Assembly: GCF_006345805.1 (NCBI RefSeq)
Contig: NC_042999.1
Location: 131,874,001-131,938,000 of the forward strand
Source of the DNA: Octopus sinensis
Taxonomy: Eukaryota
Direction of reading: 5' to 3'
Length of the DNA: 64,000 nt
Shown: positions 63,190 through 64,000 of the stretch, in pieces
How the letters are laid out: every line of letters starts with the position of its first letter
How positions within the stretch are numbered: position 1 is the stretch's first letter
Position numbers and translations under genes: made by a program
Notes under the pieces: generated by a model
Databases searched by the model: none
What the model saw: the letters and a program-made list of their open reading frames with translations, nothing else
What the model was told of the DNA's origin: nothing

Positions 63190-64000
63190 TCTTATGCTAA
63201 AACTTGAAAATCGCCATTACCATTACGATTCTGCAATTTAAACTCCCAATTCAACTTACTTTCTTCTTCAATTTCAACTCCCGGTCGATGCCCGCAGCAA
63301 GTTCTTAAAAACTTATCTTACTATTTTTATTCGTTGTTACTACGTTTATTCATACATTGATAACTTGATTCGTCTTACCCATCTCATTCGCTACGAAAAT
63401 TTAACCTTTTAGGCTACTTTCAAGCCTTCGCCATAACTTGATTTATCTTTCCTATCTCTCTCTCTACGAAATTTAACCTTAGGCTACCTCAAGCCGTAAT
63501 CCTATCTTTTCCCATCTTTCCGCCATTGGCGGTGCGCCCCCCACCCCACCCCACCACCAATACCGATGAACACTGTTCTCACCCCCACCACCAATACCGG
63601 TGAACACTGTTCTCACCCCCACCACCAATACCGGTGAACACTGTTCTCACCGCCACCACCAATACCGGTGAACACTGTTCTCACCCCCACCACCAATACC
63701 AGTATACCCTGTTCTCACCATCTACACCGGATACGCCCTACTCCCTCCTCTCCCCACTACCCCTTCTCCTCATATGCTTTCACTGTGAAAAGACAAGCTG
63801 CTAGCGCTATAGCTCAACTGCCCACCGATCTTTGCTTCCTCCTGACATTGCCTCAATCCGACCATCCCCTTTTAGTACCCTTCCGCCTCGTAATATCCTA
63901 CGTTTTTTTTTTTTTTTTTTTTTTCTTACGAACCTACACCAATCCTTCCTGCCATCGTTCCTCCTTACCCCAACCTTCCCCACTGGTTGCTCCCCTATAC
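63190..64000. repeat. CpG-rich unclassified element running off the window; contains a ~75-bp duplication and a 34-bp minisatellite
   Basis: Shares ctcgt(g/a)ata(c/t)cctacgtt, ctg(t/c)catcgtt, ccccactgg(t)tgctcccctata and ccaccaccaataccg with the reverse complement of 44994-45245. Confidence 0.75.
63551..63720. repeat. 34-bp minisatellite, ~5 copies (CCACCACCAATACCGGTGAACACTGTTCTCACCC)
   Basis: caatacc recurs at 63558, 63592, 63626, 63660 and 63694, with no unique spacers. Confidence 0.95.

Noticed and set aside
63551-63720. 34-bp repeats as a CRISPR array
   Set aside because: Contiguous units without unique spacers, no cas genes, eukaryotic context.

Overview
AT-rich, repeat-dense eukaryotic DNA. 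I infer a coleoid cephalopod (Octopus-like) from recognising the SINE families; this is not verified. The only well-supported host gene is WAPL (wings apart-like, cohesin release factor) on the + strand. It has a 1.73-kb first coding exon (20383-22112, ATG 20397) and a 69-nt exon (59241-59309, SPSKAVYNARSW...), separated by a ~37-kb intron that holds a strong 48-nt frame-preserving exon candidate. The gene continues beyond the window. A candidate bidirectional promoter lies near 1.7 kb, and an 80-codon open frame on the - strand at 579-821 may belong to a divergent gene. The rest is mostly transposon material: tRNA-derived SINEs, RTE-like 3' tails, TTAA/piggyBac-type and hAT MITEs, a complete but dead Tc1-type element, a foldback mariner made of two 5' ends, maT and Tigger derivatives, a Penelope relic, and non-autonomous Helitrons. 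Microsatellites and local duplications are also present. No CRISPR, rRNA or bona fide tRNA gene was seen. Most short ORFs in the supplied track are repeat artefacts. All coordinates were read by eye; SINE and relic boundaries are approximate.
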